From assembly GCA_963826715.1 (NCBI GenBank), contig CAWGYA010000008.1, forward strand, positions 832,001 to 896,000: a stretch of DNA of 64,000 nucleotides, read 5' to 3'. The notes below the pieces were generated by a model. The model made no database searches, had not been told where the DNA came from, and worked only from the letters and a program-made list of their open reading frames with translations. This document shows positions 1-11,497 of this stretch, in pieces. This DNA is from Candidatus Bathyarchaeota archaeon (GTDB lineage Archaea > Thermoproteota > Bathyarchaeia > Bathyarchaeales > Bathycorpusculaceae). The position numbers and the translations under genes are program-made. Position 1 is the first letter of the stretch, and each line of letters opens with the position of its first letter.

Positions 1-1
1 C

Positions 2-1864
2 CTAAAGGACTCAATAATTATAGTTGATGACGCAGCTAAAATTATTTATTGGAACAAATCAGCTGAGAAAACTTTCGGTTTTACAAGTGCAGAGACAATT
101 GGAAAAGATATACACAAATTGGTGCTTCCCGCGTCTATGGGTCCTGAGGAGAAAGAGCAAATTAAAATTGGCGTTCAAATATTCTCCGAAACTGGTATGG
201 GTTATTTCACAATTGGAAACGTCAAGTTGGTGGGTTGCCGTAAGGATAGGTCTGTGTTTCCAATTGAGCTTTCTCTTTCACCGATTAAAATTTCGGAAAA
301 ATGGCGCGCCGTAGGTGTTGTAAAAGATATAACACAAAGAACACTTGACGAGACAAACCTTAGAGTGGCTGAACAACGCTATCATGCGTTATTTAATCAA
401 GCACCTGTTGGTGTCCTAATTGTTGATCCTAAAAACAATTGTTTTGTCGAATTTAATGACGTTGCCCATAGTCAGTTAGGGTATAGCAGGGAAGAATTTG
501 AAAAATTGTCTCTGGCTGAAATTGTATCTGGAAAATCAAAAAATGAAATTAAAAAAGAACTTTTTGAATTGATGAACGCCAGAGTTGGCTCGTTTGAAGC
601 AGAGCATCAAGCAAAGTCTGGCGAAATACGGAATGTCCTTGTGAATGCCCGCGCGGTAAAATTGAAGGGTAACGAATACTTGCATTGTATTTTTCACGAT
701 ATAACCGAAATGAGGCTCATTCAAAAACGATTACGAGAAAGCGAAAGTCAGTATCGACAATTAGTTGAGTTGGCTCAAGAAGGTGTTTGGGTTTTAACTC
801 GAGATTATATTACTGTTTTTGTTAATCCCAAAATGTCCGAAATGTTGGAGTATGCTCCAAGTGAAATGATTGGGCAGTCTCTTTTTGATTTTTTGGAGGC
901 TTCGACAATTCCCTTGGCGAAGGATTTCTTGGGTAAGTTCACTTATGGTGCTAGTGGTCATTTTGAATATGAATTTATTAAGAAAAATGGGTCACATGTT
1001 TATGCAAGCATTGCTGCTTCTCAAATGACCGATGATAATGGTGATTACTTAGGGACTCTTGCTCTTGTCTCTGATATTACTCTAAGAAAAGAAATGGAAA
1101 TTAAGCTGGAAAAATACTCTAAGAGTCTTGAAGAAGTCATTTCTCTTAAAAAACAAGAACTTGAAAAAGCTCATGCACAACTCATAAAGTCGGAGCGGTT
1201 GGCTGCGATTGGTGAATTGTCAGGTATGATTGGTCATGATTTGCGTAATCCTTTGGCGGGGATTAAAAATGCGGCCTATTATTTGAAGCGTAAAAGTGAC
1301 AGTTTATCTCCTCAACAGAAAGAAATGCTCGGTATTATTGATAGATGTGTAGAGTCCTCCAATAAAATAATCAATGATTTGCTTGATTATTCGCGAGAGC
1401 TTAGTTTGGACCTGAAAAATACTTCGATGGAAAAACTTATGCTTGAAATTCTAACGATGGTAAATATTCCTAAAAATGTAACACTTGTCCGAGATTTCGC
1501 TACGGATGTACCGTTTCAGGTTGATGCAAACAAAATTTCTCGGGTTTTTGCTAATCTGATGAAAAACGCTGTTGAAGCTATGCCTGCTGGCGGATTACTG
1601 TCGTTACGTAGTAAATTGGAGAATGGTGGGTTAGTAATTAGTTTTACAGATACCGGTCCAGGAATTCCCGAGGATATATTGCCAAAGTTATTCTTGCCCT
1701 TGTTTACAACAAAGGCACAAGGCATGGGTTTTGGCTTGGCAATTTGTAAGCGTATAATTGAAGCGCATGGAGGAAAAATAACGGTTATGACGGCGATAGG
1801 AAAAGGCACAATTTTTGTGATAACCTTACCTCTCGAGTCAAACAAAAAAAGTGGAAGTGCATAA
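2..1864 (+). CDS. Multi-PAS sensor histidine kinase (5' partial, frame open from window start)
   Basis: Frame open from position 2 (LKDSIIIVDDAAKIIYWNKSAEKTFG, PAS-like); three PAS repeats; H-box GHDLRNPL, N-box NLMKNAVEAM, DTGPGI, FTTK, GMGFGL. Confidence 0.93.
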   Translation, partial: LKDSIIIVDDAAKIIYWNKSAEKTFGFTSAETIGKDIHKLVLPASMGPEEKEQIKIGVQIFSETGMGYFTIGNVKLVGCRKDRSVFPIELSLSPIKISEKWRAVGVVKDITQRTLDETNLRVAEQRYHALFNQAPVGVLIVDPKNNCFVEFNDVAHSQLGYSREEFEKLSLAEIVSGKSKNEIKKELFELMNARVGSFEAEHQAKSGEIRNVLVNARAVKLKGNEYLHCIFHDITEMRLIQKRLRESESQYRQLVELAQEGVWVLTRDYITVFVNPKMSEMLEYAPSEMIGQSLFDFLEASTIPLAKDFLGKFTYGASGHFEYEFIKKNGSHVYASIAASQMTDDNGDYLGTLALVSDITLRKEMEIKLEKYSKSLEEVISLKKQELEKAHAQLIKSERLAAIGELSGMIGHDLRNPLAGIKNAAYYLKRKSDSLSPQQKEMLGIIDRCVESSNKIINDLLDYSRELSLDLKNTSMEKLMLEILTMVNIPKNVTLVRDFATDVPFQVDANKISRVFANLMKNAVEAMPAGGLLSLRSKLENGGLVISFTDTGPGIPEDILPKLFLPLFTTKAQGMGFGLAICKRIIEAHGGKITVMTAIGKGTIFVITLPLESNKKSGSA

Positions 1865-1866
1865 AT

Positions 1867-2304
1867 TTGAGTAAAAAAAATAGTGTGTTAGTTGTCGATG
1901 ATGAAGATAGTATTCGAACTACAATTAAGGCGATTCTCGAAGATGAAGGCTACAAGGTGGATTTAGCTGCCACTGGCAAAGAAGCCATAGAGAAATCAAC
2001 TGCACAATTCTATAATGTGATGTTGCTTGACATACGACTGCCTGATATGGAGGGAATAGAGTTGCTAAAGAAATTAAGAACCGATATTCCTAGAACACGG
2101 AAGATAATGGTGACTGGTTTTCCTTCCTTGCAAAATACAATTGAAGCGTTAAACAAGGGTGCAGATGCTTATTTGGTGAAGCCTGTTGATGTTGAAGAAC
2201 TGCTGAAAGTGGTTAGGGAACAAATTGAAAAGCAAGTGGAAGAGCAAGAATTTAGTGAATTAAAGGTGTCTGAATTCATAGAGAGTAGAATCAAAGACAT
2301 CTAA
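1867..2304 (+). CDS. Response regulator receiver-domain protein
   Basis: VLVVDDE, LLDIRLPDMEG phospho-Asp, KPVD; 2 bp after kinase stop. Confidence 0.92.
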   Translation: MSKKNSVLVVDDEDSIRTTIKAILEDEGYKVDLAATGKEAIEKSTAQFYNVMLLDIRLPDMEGIELLKKLRTDIPRTRKIMVTGFPSLQNTIEALNKGADAYLVKPVDVEELLKVVREQIEKQVEEQEFSELKVSEFIESRIKDI

Positions 2305-2516
2305 CTGCCTGAATCAATTTTAGATACTTATTTTTTTGTTTTTATCTTTGTTAAACTGTATTTTTTTATTTTTTGGTTCCTTGTTAATCAGAATTTTTGG
2401 TTGCGTGTTGGTTTCTTTTTGGATTTTGGAACATATAAGAAATCGTAATATTGTGAACTTGAGCCTAAGGCAGTTATATTGCGCTGTGAAAGTGGAGGTA
2501 TCGAAAGGATTGAGTA

Positions 2517-3128
2517 TTGATGAACCATACTGAAACAGTGCTCTTAAAAAAATTAACAGAATCAGAACCAACACTTGACCTCTTGGGTGCTGACCGAAAA
2601 GTCTTCCAGGTTGCGTTCCAAGACTTAACCTATTATCTTAACTTTATCGAAAACATGGCTTATAAGCAACAAAATGAAAAAAGCCAAGCTAAATCAGGCA
2701 AAGAAGATGCGTCAGAATTTGAATCGTTCTTAGTAGTATGGACAGGGCTTTGGCTAAGGAAATGGAAGGAACGATTCAATCTGTTAATTGGAAAAAATAG
2801 CCAAAACCAAAATAAATCAAATGGTTTAGGTGAAGCAACGGCGAAGGGAGAATCATTGTGGACAGAGCTTGATTGCAAAGAAGAGTTGATTGGACTGGTT
2901 ATTTCGACTCTGATTAAAAACTCTGAAATATGCGGAGTAAAAATCATAGCAGAACACATATTGAAGACTGAACTGGGCAAAAAAATTGATCAAGACATCA
3001 ACAGCAAAGAGCAGACTCTGGAGATCTTTAGTAATACGTTACGGCGAACTCGTGAGATTGCCCAAAAAAACGGTCCACTAATCTCAATAAAAGTTGAAAA
3101 AAACTATTATTTGCACGCCAAAATGTAA
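2517..3128 (+). CDS. Hypothetical protein
   Basis: 203 aa ORF, GGAGG upstream, T-rich tract downstream; no recognised motif. Confidence 0.65.
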   Translation: MMNHTETVLLKKLTESEPTLDLLGADRKVFQVAFQDLTYYLNFIENMAYKQQNEKSQAKSGKEDASEFESFLVVWTGLWLRKWKERFNLLIGKNSQNQNKSNGLGEATAKGESLWTELDCKEELIGLVISTLIKNSEICGVKIIAEHILKTELGKKIDQDINSKEQTLEIFSNTLRRTREIAQKNGPLISIKVEKNYYLHAKM

Positions 3129-3225
3129 CTGTGCCAGAGGGCAAAATTTTATTTTTTATCCTTTTTACTTTGTTAGGTGCGAAGGAGTTGGCCTATTTTC
3201 AGTGGGATAACGCTTTCATATTCTT

Positions 3226-3870
3226 TTAAAATAATTCTACTTCAGCAGTTGTTATCCTGCGATATCCCAGCAAAGTTTGTCCTCCGTAATTACCACAAGT
3301 TGGATCGTAGACTGTTTGGTCTTGTCTTTTGGCTTTGTTTATTCCTATTACTTTTGATATTATTCTTGAGACTTCCGCGGGGGTGTAGAATTGCCCTTTG
3401 CTTTTTCCTGATTCTGTTGCAAAGTGTCGCATCAGATATTCATATGCGTCGCCTAATAGGTCGTCTCCGTCTGCTCTATTTTGGCTAAAGTCAAGTTCAG
3501 GTTTCTGAAAAATGGCAATGAGGTTTGAGAGGCGATCTTGCATTTCTTTGCCTTGTCCGAGTTTGTCTTTTGCATCAAAATCTGCAACTGTGATAATTCC
3601 GCTTAACTCGTTTGCCTCTGCGAGTTTTGCAATGATTTTGTTTATGCCTTCTCCGATTCCCGGTTTGCCTTTGAGGGCGATCATATCGTTGAAGCTTGCG
3701 CCTTGGGGGACTATGATTACGTCGTTTTTTCCAGCATAGCGGTCAGAGACATACTTTATGAAGAGAAGGACTAAGACGTAGTCTTTGTATTGGGAGGCGT
3801 CCATGCCACCGCGTAGTTCGTCGCATGATTCCCAGATTGAGCTGTATAGTTCACTTTTCTTAACTGGCAA
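3226..3870 (-). pseudogene. hsdM: Truncated type I restriction-modification methyltransferase (HsdM N-terminal part)
   Basis: CDELRGGMDASQYKDY, LLGDAYEYLMRHFA, GQFYTP, then YDPTCG followed by unrelated residues and a stop; no NPPF motif, no hsdS/hsdR nearby. Confidence 0.88.
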
Positions 3871-4066
3871 AGTCTACACCCAAGCGTATGTTAATTTGAT
3901 TGTCATATGATGGACAAGCGCGTGCTATTAGAATCTTATTTTTATTTTTATTTCATGCGCTTCTTTTAGACATCCGTGAAGGTTGACGATTTTTCCCAAT
4001 TTACTATTCTCAGGTCTTCTTTCATTCGTCAAGGCGCGCGACGAAGCTACCGGCAATTATTAATCT

Positions 4067-5102
4067 TTAATCTGTTCGATATTTCTGAAATAGCTCATCG
4101 GTTATAAAATACAATTTACCTCTCGTTCTTGAACAAGCAACGTAAAATTTGTTTTTCGTTTGGGGATTCAATTTGTGCAGTTGATTTCTATCGAATAACC
4201 TTTTCGTTGTTTTATTAAACACAACGCATACATCGTTGAAATGATCAATTCCTTTTGAGCTTCCCCAATTTAGACTTAAACATCCGTACTTTGAGTGTTC
4301 CCTGTAAAACAATTTAATAATTGAGTTGTCTTCGATTATAAAATCAGCATCTGCTTGCTTTGTTATGCTTATGATATCCGTTTCCTTATTAGCAACTGAA
4401 CATATGTCTATCCCTACATTGTTTTTAATAAAATCACATACTGATTTGCTACAGCGGTAACTATTATTTAGAGATGTTATATCAACTGTTAGACCCATTG
4501 ATTTGAATTCTTTCTTGTATGAATCATAGTCGGAGAAGAGGTTACAGTTCACATTTCCATCAACGCTTGTGTCAAAAGTGTGTTGATAAAAATCCCCTAC
4601 CAACAGTATATCACAATTAACTTTAGCAAGACTTTTTAATAAATTGAAATCGTGTCCAGCAAAATCTTGTATTTCATCTATAAAGATAGAATCAAAATAT
4701 TTCTCTATGCTGAGCATTTATTTCTCGCAATATATTAAATGTTTCACAAAGCTTTGCAATTCGATTATGGTACAGTCGTCTATTACAATCCAAATAAAAC
4801 TTAAGATCAGTCCTTTTACAATACATTGTATCAGGGTGTGGTTGTTTCCATCTTATTCCATTAGATTTTACTTTATATGACAATAATGGTTTAAAACAAA
4901 AAGAATGTAGAAATGTAAAGTACGATAGTAGTTTAATATTTTTAGGAAAATAACCAAATCTTTCGATTATTCTACTTCTTAAAGTAAATACATTATTCTC
5001 GGTATATGTGATAAGTAGGAAGCGGTTTTCAAGGTTTAGCTTATTTATGATATGTGTTGTTTTTCCTGAACCTGCAACAGCGAAAATCACTCGTTTATCC
5101 AT
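4067..5102 (-). CDS. Short UvrD-like SF1 helicase (GajB-like), one frameshift near 4710
   Basis: AVAGSGKTT, ITYT, FIDEIQDF, VGDFYQ, SYRC, YVACSR across two ORFs; removing one A in GCTCAGCATA restores NARIEKYFD. Confidence 0.85.
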
Positions 5103-6647
5103 TGAATGGCTTCCTGAATGTATTGAGGAACGGTTATTGCACAAGCTTTCTTTTCTAAAAGTTCAAACGCACTATCGGCTTTGTTTTTAAGCATATACTC
5201 TTGAGCAGGTAATTTTTTTGTTGTAAATACTTCATCACATATTGCCTTATTATCGGCATAAACGCAAATTTCAAATGTTCTTTTTGTTTTATCAAGGTCA
5301 TAACAAATTTTTATAGTCTTAATTGCTGCATAGTCGGCATATTTTTGAGTTAAATCTTCGATAGCGCCATCATTATCAGTAATAACAACTGTTTTGATTG
5401 CTAAGGTTTTAGCAAGATCTAGATATCGTTTAAAGCTTGTTCCACCTACCGCAATAACATGAACACCTGAGTCGTTCAGTTCTTTCTTTGCAAAATTGCG
5501 ATACATAGCTTCCATTAAAATATACTCAGCATCACCTTCGACTAAAATTACCTTCTTTGAAAGGACAAATCGTAGAATGTTATTATTCGGAGATTTCATG
5601 AAGAATTTTGCTGTGTCTTCTGACAAACAATTAAGCGTAACTAAAGAGGTATTCTTGTTATTTAGTAAAATTGTGTTTCGCAAGTCAAGTCGTGCGCTTA
5701 TCAAATCACTATGGGTTGCTATGAATATCTGTTTTTTTTCTGTTCCCTGTATTTTTCGGATAAGCTGTTGCATGTTTGAATGGCTCAAATGATTTTCTGG
5801 CTCTTCAATTAGAACGATATTTAATTCCTTTTGCGACTGCAAGGCTAACTCTGTTTTAATAAAACATTGTTTACCTTTTCCTTTGTTGTCTATACTAATG
5901 TTATTCTCTAAAATGGCTAAATCGTTTTCCAAACTGGCTCTTAAGTTATATTTTAATTGCAAAGCTATAATTTGGAATCCTACCATCTAAAGCTGATAAA
6001 ACTTCTTTTTTGAATTTCTCTTTGTGATCTCTATATTTGTGCTGATTAGTTAGTTTTTCAACGCCTTGTACGCTCGCATTATAGATTTCCTGCACATATT
6101 CCTTTATTGCATATTCACTACTTGTTTGAGAATTATCAACTAATATATGTCTGACAAATTTTCGATAACTATTATAAGACTTATTTGCAAAAGTGGTAAA
6201 TTCAATAGAATAATATTCAAATGGAAAATTTGATTCTTGTTTTAATAAAATTTCTTTTATCTGCTGGCTATAATTATCATTTGGTTTGCATACTAACCTT
6301 AATCCATCGCAGTTAAACTGTTTATTATTAAATTTACCACAGAGCTCATCATTATCTTGTTCATTCAAATACAATTCAACAATTAACTCGGGTAATTCAT
6401 TGTATTTTCGCTCAGATTTCATAAATTTTTCGATTGGCTCAGAATCAAAAAGATTATCTAAACCTATACTTTCAATCTTATTTCTGCTTCCACTTAAGAC
6501 AATATCAATTGCTTGTAAAATTGAACTTTTACCTGCCTCGTTATCTCCAATCAATATATTTAACTGACTGTTAAAGTCAACTTCTAAGCAAGCAAATCGT
6601 TTGAAGTTCTGCAATAGAATTTTTGTAATTACTGGATCATTAGGCAT
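5087..6647 (-). CDS. OLD-family ATP-dependent nuclease, ABC ATPase + TOPRIM (GajA-like), one frameshift near 5955
   Basis: LQNFKRF, GDNEAGKSS, GKGKQ, LIEEPENHLS, ATHS; TOPRIM LVEGDAE and ITDND; an extra A in ATTAAAATAT splits the frame; overlaps helicase start. Confidence 0.87.
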
Positions 6648-6810
6648 GCGTTACGTTGGTATATAATTTATTTATATATTCTTCGTAATTCCACTTTTGA
6701 AGATTGAAAGCATAATTGAGATAATTATCAACCGTATACTTCTCAGAACACTATAGCTACACACGAGGGGTAAGTTTTCATGTGTTTTTTACCCCTCACT
6801 ACTATTACTA

Positions 6811-7168
6811 TATCCAACCTACCTTAACCATAGGTAACTATCTGTTTTTTCTGGTTACCTTCAATAAACGTCAAGGTTGGTTGGTTGGATAGATTTTCTA
6901 TGCCGAATTTCATATTACTCGATTGAGATACTGCCTAACTTGATCAATACTGACCGATTGTTTTTTTTTGAACCTAACATAAAAAGGCATTCTGCTTCAA
7001 AGCTTGTTTTTAGATAATGTACGTCTAAGAGTTTTAGACATACATTATCTTAGTAACCTAATTAACAACTACCTTGAACCACACCAAACTACCGCAAAAG
7101 ACACAAACCGATTGTAACCGTTAGTTTTGTGTGTGTGGGATTAAAAATTAATCCAGCCAACCAACTCC
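6811..7168. repeat. Imperfect CCAAC/GTTGG inverted and direct repeats in non-coding DNA
   Basis: tatccaacctacc (~6811) versus ggttggttggata (~6879-6891, reverse complement tatccaaccaacc); atccagccaaccaac at ~7151. Confidence 0.4.
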
Positions 7169-7457
7169 ACGCTTAGTAGACTAAGGCACATTGGCAGTAG
7201 ACACGGTTCAAGAAATACTTAGAAGAATAACCATATAGGTATAATCGGAATCGAGTATACGGTTAAAAAACAACAATCTTTTTAGTGATTCAGACCAAAA
7301 TAGACTTTAAGATTATTGAACTTAAAAATCCAGAATACCAAAGCATTCCGCTTTTTCAAACAAAGCAGGAGATAATTATACTCTTGAATGAATGTGTTCA
7401 TTAGGCTTAAACAAACATTATAAGGCAACATATTGATGGCTTAAAACAGGTAATCAA

Positions 7458-7958
7458 ATGCAAAATCAGGCACAGAAAAATATTGTAGACTATATATCAC
7501 GTAGACTTTCAGAGTTTTTCGTAGTAACAAATGACCCATATGATGGAGCTACGAATTACTACAAGGCGCATGAGATGCTTAAACCATTTTCTAAAAACTC
7601 CATAAAAATGACCATTGAAATTCATAGAATTATTACCGCTGAAGCTGCAAAAAAGTATAGTATTTTTCCTAAACGAATCGGGGACTCAAAAATGGAGATT
7701 GACCTTTGGAGGGAGGTTGACAAAACTGCTTATGAGATAATCTTAGGTGATGGGGCAGAGATTTGGAAAGATATTTTGAAGGCAATTCTTGTTGGTGCTT
7801 CAACGCTCATTGTTTTTTGTAGACACTACCCCGACACCGCAATGAAGGGAAATAAAGAAATAGCAAATAATGTTAGGAATTTAGAAAAGTATCTTCAGGG
7901 TAAGCTAGATGTTCAAGTGGTGCTAATTCCAGGGTATACGCCGACATCATTGAGATAG
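7458..7958 (+). CDS. Hypothetical protein, possibly PD-(D/E)XK-like
   Basis: 166 aa ORF; EIDLW...AYEI spacing loosely resembles a restriction-nuclease fold; inside defence islet. Confidence 0.55.
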   Translation: MQNQAQKNIVDYISRRLSEFFVVTNDPYDGATNYYKAHEMLKPFSKNSIKMTIEIHRIITAEAAKKYSIFPKRIGDSKMEIDLWREVDKTAYEIILGDGAEIWKDILKAILVGASTLIVFCRHYPDTAMKGNKEIANNVRNLEKYLQGKLDVQVVLIPGYTPTSLR

Positions 7959-8148
7959 AATTTTTCGAAAAATAACTAAAGGTATTTTTTCGAAGTATTT
8001 GAAATCCCTCTCAACCCGTATTCTAAGTTCCTGATTCTGTAAACACGTAAGACGTTTCATAAGCTGTAAAACGTAAGGAATTTGACTTTGGTCTGTAATT
8101 TTAAAGCCCCTTTCTTGATTTTGTTTAAAGAACCAACCAGAGTATATC

Positions 8149-8321
8149 TTGGATCGGGTTGGTGCCTTCATTGCAGGTATTATAGCAGGCATAGTAAATT
8201 ATGCAACCGACGCTATGATTGCCGCTATTTTTCAGCCTTCACAGCATTTGATCCAGCAATAGCTGTACCGAGCTTTATTTTTGCGGGCTTTTTATTTTTA
8301 ATATGGATAATGTATGTCTAA
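8149..8321 (+). CDS. Small two-helix membrane protein, frameshifted in a T run near 8230
   Basis: TTG-start LDRVGAFIAGIIAGIVNYATDAMIAAIF continues in another frame as SAFTAFDPAIAVPSFIFAGFLFLIWIMYV; TTTAAAG ~20-25 bp upstream. Confidence 0.45.
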
Positions 8322-8598
8322 AGAAGTTAAGACATACATTATTAAAAATTATTATTTACTCCTGTAGCCAATATTTTCCAAAAGCTAACAATAGTTTATC
8401 TTGCCAAACTTGACAAACCATCCACAAACAACTGCAACCTTCAATTTGTGTGTGGGGGGACTAAATTTTAGTTTAGGTAATTGTAACCGATTTTCTTTGA
8501 AGTTTGCATTAAACGAGCTCAATTATGTGTGGGGCAAATATTAGAAAACAATGTTTTTTCAGAAAAAGTTTTCCGTGTACACATACACATAGATGATT

Positions 8599-8879
8599 AT
8601 GGCAACAAAAACAATATCAATCACAGAAGAAGCGTAAAAAGCCTTAAAAGATAATGAAGCTTCACTCAAGTAATTCTTAGAATAACCAAAACAATAGGTA
8701 AACTCACTGGGTCCTTCGGTAAATGGATAATGACAGATCAAGAAGAACAAACCATGCTGAGTGAACTATCTGAAGGCTGGCACACGACTCAGGAGAGACT
8801 CTCCAGTGAATACCTTGACGCTGACCTTTTCATTGCACTTCTTAGAGGAAGAAAGACGCAAACAAAACAGAAGAAATAG
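8599..8879 (+). pseudogene. Degenerate vapBC toxin-antitoxin remnant
   Basis: MATKTISITEEA-stop-KALK...SFTQVILRI matches archaeal VapB-type antitoxins (stop replaces the usual Tyr); runs into YLDADLFIALLRG, resembling a PIN-domain start, then stops. Confidence 0.7.
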
Positions 8880-8889
8880 AGGACGAATT

Positions 8890-9862
8890 CTAAACTCCAT
8901 GAGCAAGGAAGTCCGCTGTTTGCTGTACAGCCTTTTGGCTGTTTAGTGTTGGGTTCCATCCCGTTGCCATAATTTTTTGGCTATCCAGGAGCATGATTTT
9001 TACATCGCCAACCCAGCCTCTGCCACCATCTACTCCGCCTGTTAATACAAGATCTACATGCTCTATTCCCATAGCTGAAATAACAGATTCAGCAATATTC
9101 CTCACGTTAATTTTATCTTCTGAACCAACATTAAAGATTTCAACTTGCTCACTTGAAACTGTACTGCCATGTATCAACGCAGATATACAATCTTTGACAT
9201 GAAGGTAGGATTTTGTTTGTGTGCCATCTCCCAGAATTTCAAGCCTGCGCGGGGTTGCTCGGAGTTTTTGGACAAAATCATAGATTACTCCATGACTGCT
9301 TCTTGGTCCTATGATATTGGCTAAGCGGTAGAGTGTTGCCTTAAACCCATAATTATATGCGTACGCTGAAATTAGACGCTTCGCAGGCAAGCTTTGTAGC
9401 AGCATAAATCGATATTGGTTTGAGTGGTGCATAATTTTCAGGGGTCGGAATCACTGTGGGTTCCCCATAGACTGCGGAGGTGGAGGTAAAGATCAACTGG
9501 GGGGTGGTGTGGCTTTTTCGTATGTATTCAAGTAAGTTGTAGGTTGCTACTACGTTTTGGTTGTAGTGGGTCTCTGGGTTTGTTGAGCTAACTCTAACCT
9601 CAGGGTTAGCTGCTAAATGATAAATAAAATCAAACTCTCTACCATCCAGCGGCAACAACGGATTGGTTAAATCAAAGTTTAGAAAACAAAAATTAGGATT
9701 ATTTTCCCACTGTTTTAGATTAGAAAGTCTACCAGCACTCAAATTATCCAAAACACAAACTTCAAAACCTAAGACCATCAACACATCAACTAAATGACTG
9801 CCGATGAAACCAGCACCACCAGTTACGAGCACTTTGCTTTTTGCCAAGTAATAATCCACCAC
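8890..9862 (-). CDS. NAD-dependent NDP-sugar epimerase/dehydratase (GalE-like), frameshift near 9376
   Basis: VTGGAGFIGSHL, STSAVYG, YAATK; removing one T restores ACEALISAYAY; ANIIGPR, GDGTQTKSYLHV. Confidence 0.9.
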
Positions 9863-10374
9863 AATTAAACTAAATGGTCGGCTGAACTTATTTTAGCATT
9901 ACGAATTTAAAATTACCAACCAGTCGGTTTCATGCCTGCAAGAATTTGGGCTTTAAAGGCATAGTCACCATCTTGATTGCTCAAAATTTCATAAAAAATT
10001 TCCTCATCCATACTTCTCCCTCATATTCTCCTAATTTGATTGTTTGAAGCCTCTCCTTTCTCCTCAATTAAGAAAATGCATTTTTCTCCATATATAGGAT
10101 ATTTCGAAAATCGGAATATGTCAATATTGAACGAATAAAACCAAAATCATAAAGATCCAGAAAATACAAACTTTGTGAACAAAGTTAGTCTCGGATCCCC
10201 TTCTTTAATCGTTACCGATTCCACTTGAAGTTGCGCCAAACTCACTGAGGTTTACATACAACAGTCTTTTCAAACTTCGCAGGCTATGAGATTTTTAAAA
10301 GTTATGGATCGTAAACTCGATTTGCTGAAAGAACCATGCATGTTCTCAAAAATTAAGACCGCTAAGTCCATAGC

Positions 10375-10778
10375 TTAACAGATGGTGCAAGCAATGTTTT
10401 CTTTATGAATTTTCGATTTAGTCTCTATTGCCATGTTTGATTGTAGATGGTTTTTGTCAATAGTCACCATATTTCTGCAGATTAGGCTGAGTGATTCTGA
10501 GGTATAGCTTAAGGCGTTTTTTCCATCTTCAGTTAATTCATAAATTTTTTTGGGCCTTTCTGAGTTCATGTGCCATGTGCTTTTTAGTAACCCTTTTTTC
10601 TCCAAATTTGCAAGGAGAGGATAAACTGTGCTTGGACCAAAATAGATTCCATAATCTTTTCGAATTTTGGTGATGAGTTGGTATCCATGCATTGATTCTT
10701 GGTCAAGATATTGAAAATTATGATGTCTAGGACGCCTTTGGTGAGTTTTGTTTGAATTATTTTTTGATTATTGTTCAT
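10375..10778 (-). CDS. PadR-family transcriptional regulator, frameshift near 10715
   Basis: KLTKGVLDIII then QYLDQESMHGYQLI, GPSTVYPLLANLEKKGLL, RPKKIYELTEDG. Confidence 0.85.
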
Positions 10779-11188
10779 TTTTTTTTCTCCCTTCATTTAT
10801 CATAAACCAGAAACATATCGTAAGACGAAATATTTCTGATATCTTACTTGGGTTAAGCACCAAATAAACTCTCGTACATAACTCAGGCATATCAACCCAC
10901 ACCTGAAAACTCACTAGCTGAACATAACGACACATCACTCCATGAAAGCTAACCTAAAAATTACTTTTTCAAACCTCCAGAACTCAAATTAGCAACTGTA
11001 AAACACATCTACAAAAAACTGGCAAAAACCCATCTTGAATTTGGTGATGGGCTGGGTGATTTTTTCAGCTCCCCTCATTTACATAAAAATATTGTCTCTA
11101 CTTTGATTAAGTGTGGGTGAAAATCAAACAGTCTATAGTTTACATTGGTAGAATTTTTATTTGATGTTTACGCAAGCACAACAAGAAG

Positions 11189-11368
11189 TTATGCTTTAGC
11201 TTTGCATCCTTTGCTGAGATAGCATGATATGCAGTTTTTTTCTTCGCCGGTATTCCAGCAAATTCTAATTGGCGTTCTATTTGAAGTTTCAGAGTCAGCA
11301 GTTGACGGAATAACTATCATTTCTTGTAGCTGTTGTGTCCCTTTTGTTTGACTCTTATAGTTTGACAT
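11189..11368 (-). CDS. Small 59 aa four-cysteine protein (below ORF-track cut-off)
   Basis: MSNYKSQTKG...IRICWNTGEEKNCISCYLSKGCKAKA; TATA-like cttatat ~26-30 bp upstream of ATG. Confidence 0.5.
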   Translation of the reverse strand: MSNYKSQTKGTQQLQEMIVIPSTADSETSNRTPIRICWNTGEEKNCISCYLSKGCKAKA

Positions 11369-11497
11369 ACAAATTATAGGTTTATATATTCAGATATAAG
11401 TCTTTGCTATTAAGAAACCATACTTAAAATCCGTTTTCCAAAATAACTCCTACCAAAAAATGAACCCCCAATCCACATCTACCAAAACCATTTGAAC

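Noticed and set aside
4700-5960. Programmed ribosomal frameshifting in the Gabija-like genes
   Set aside because: No slippery heptamer or stimulatory structure; similar indels hit many unrelated genes nearby
7947-8192. Minus-strand 81 aa ORF
   Set aside because: Overlaps better-supported plus-strand features; at most a gene fragment
10219-10232. Mini-ORB-like TTCCACTTGAAG
   Set aside because: Essentially a single copy, with no cdc6/orc1 gene or ORB array in the window
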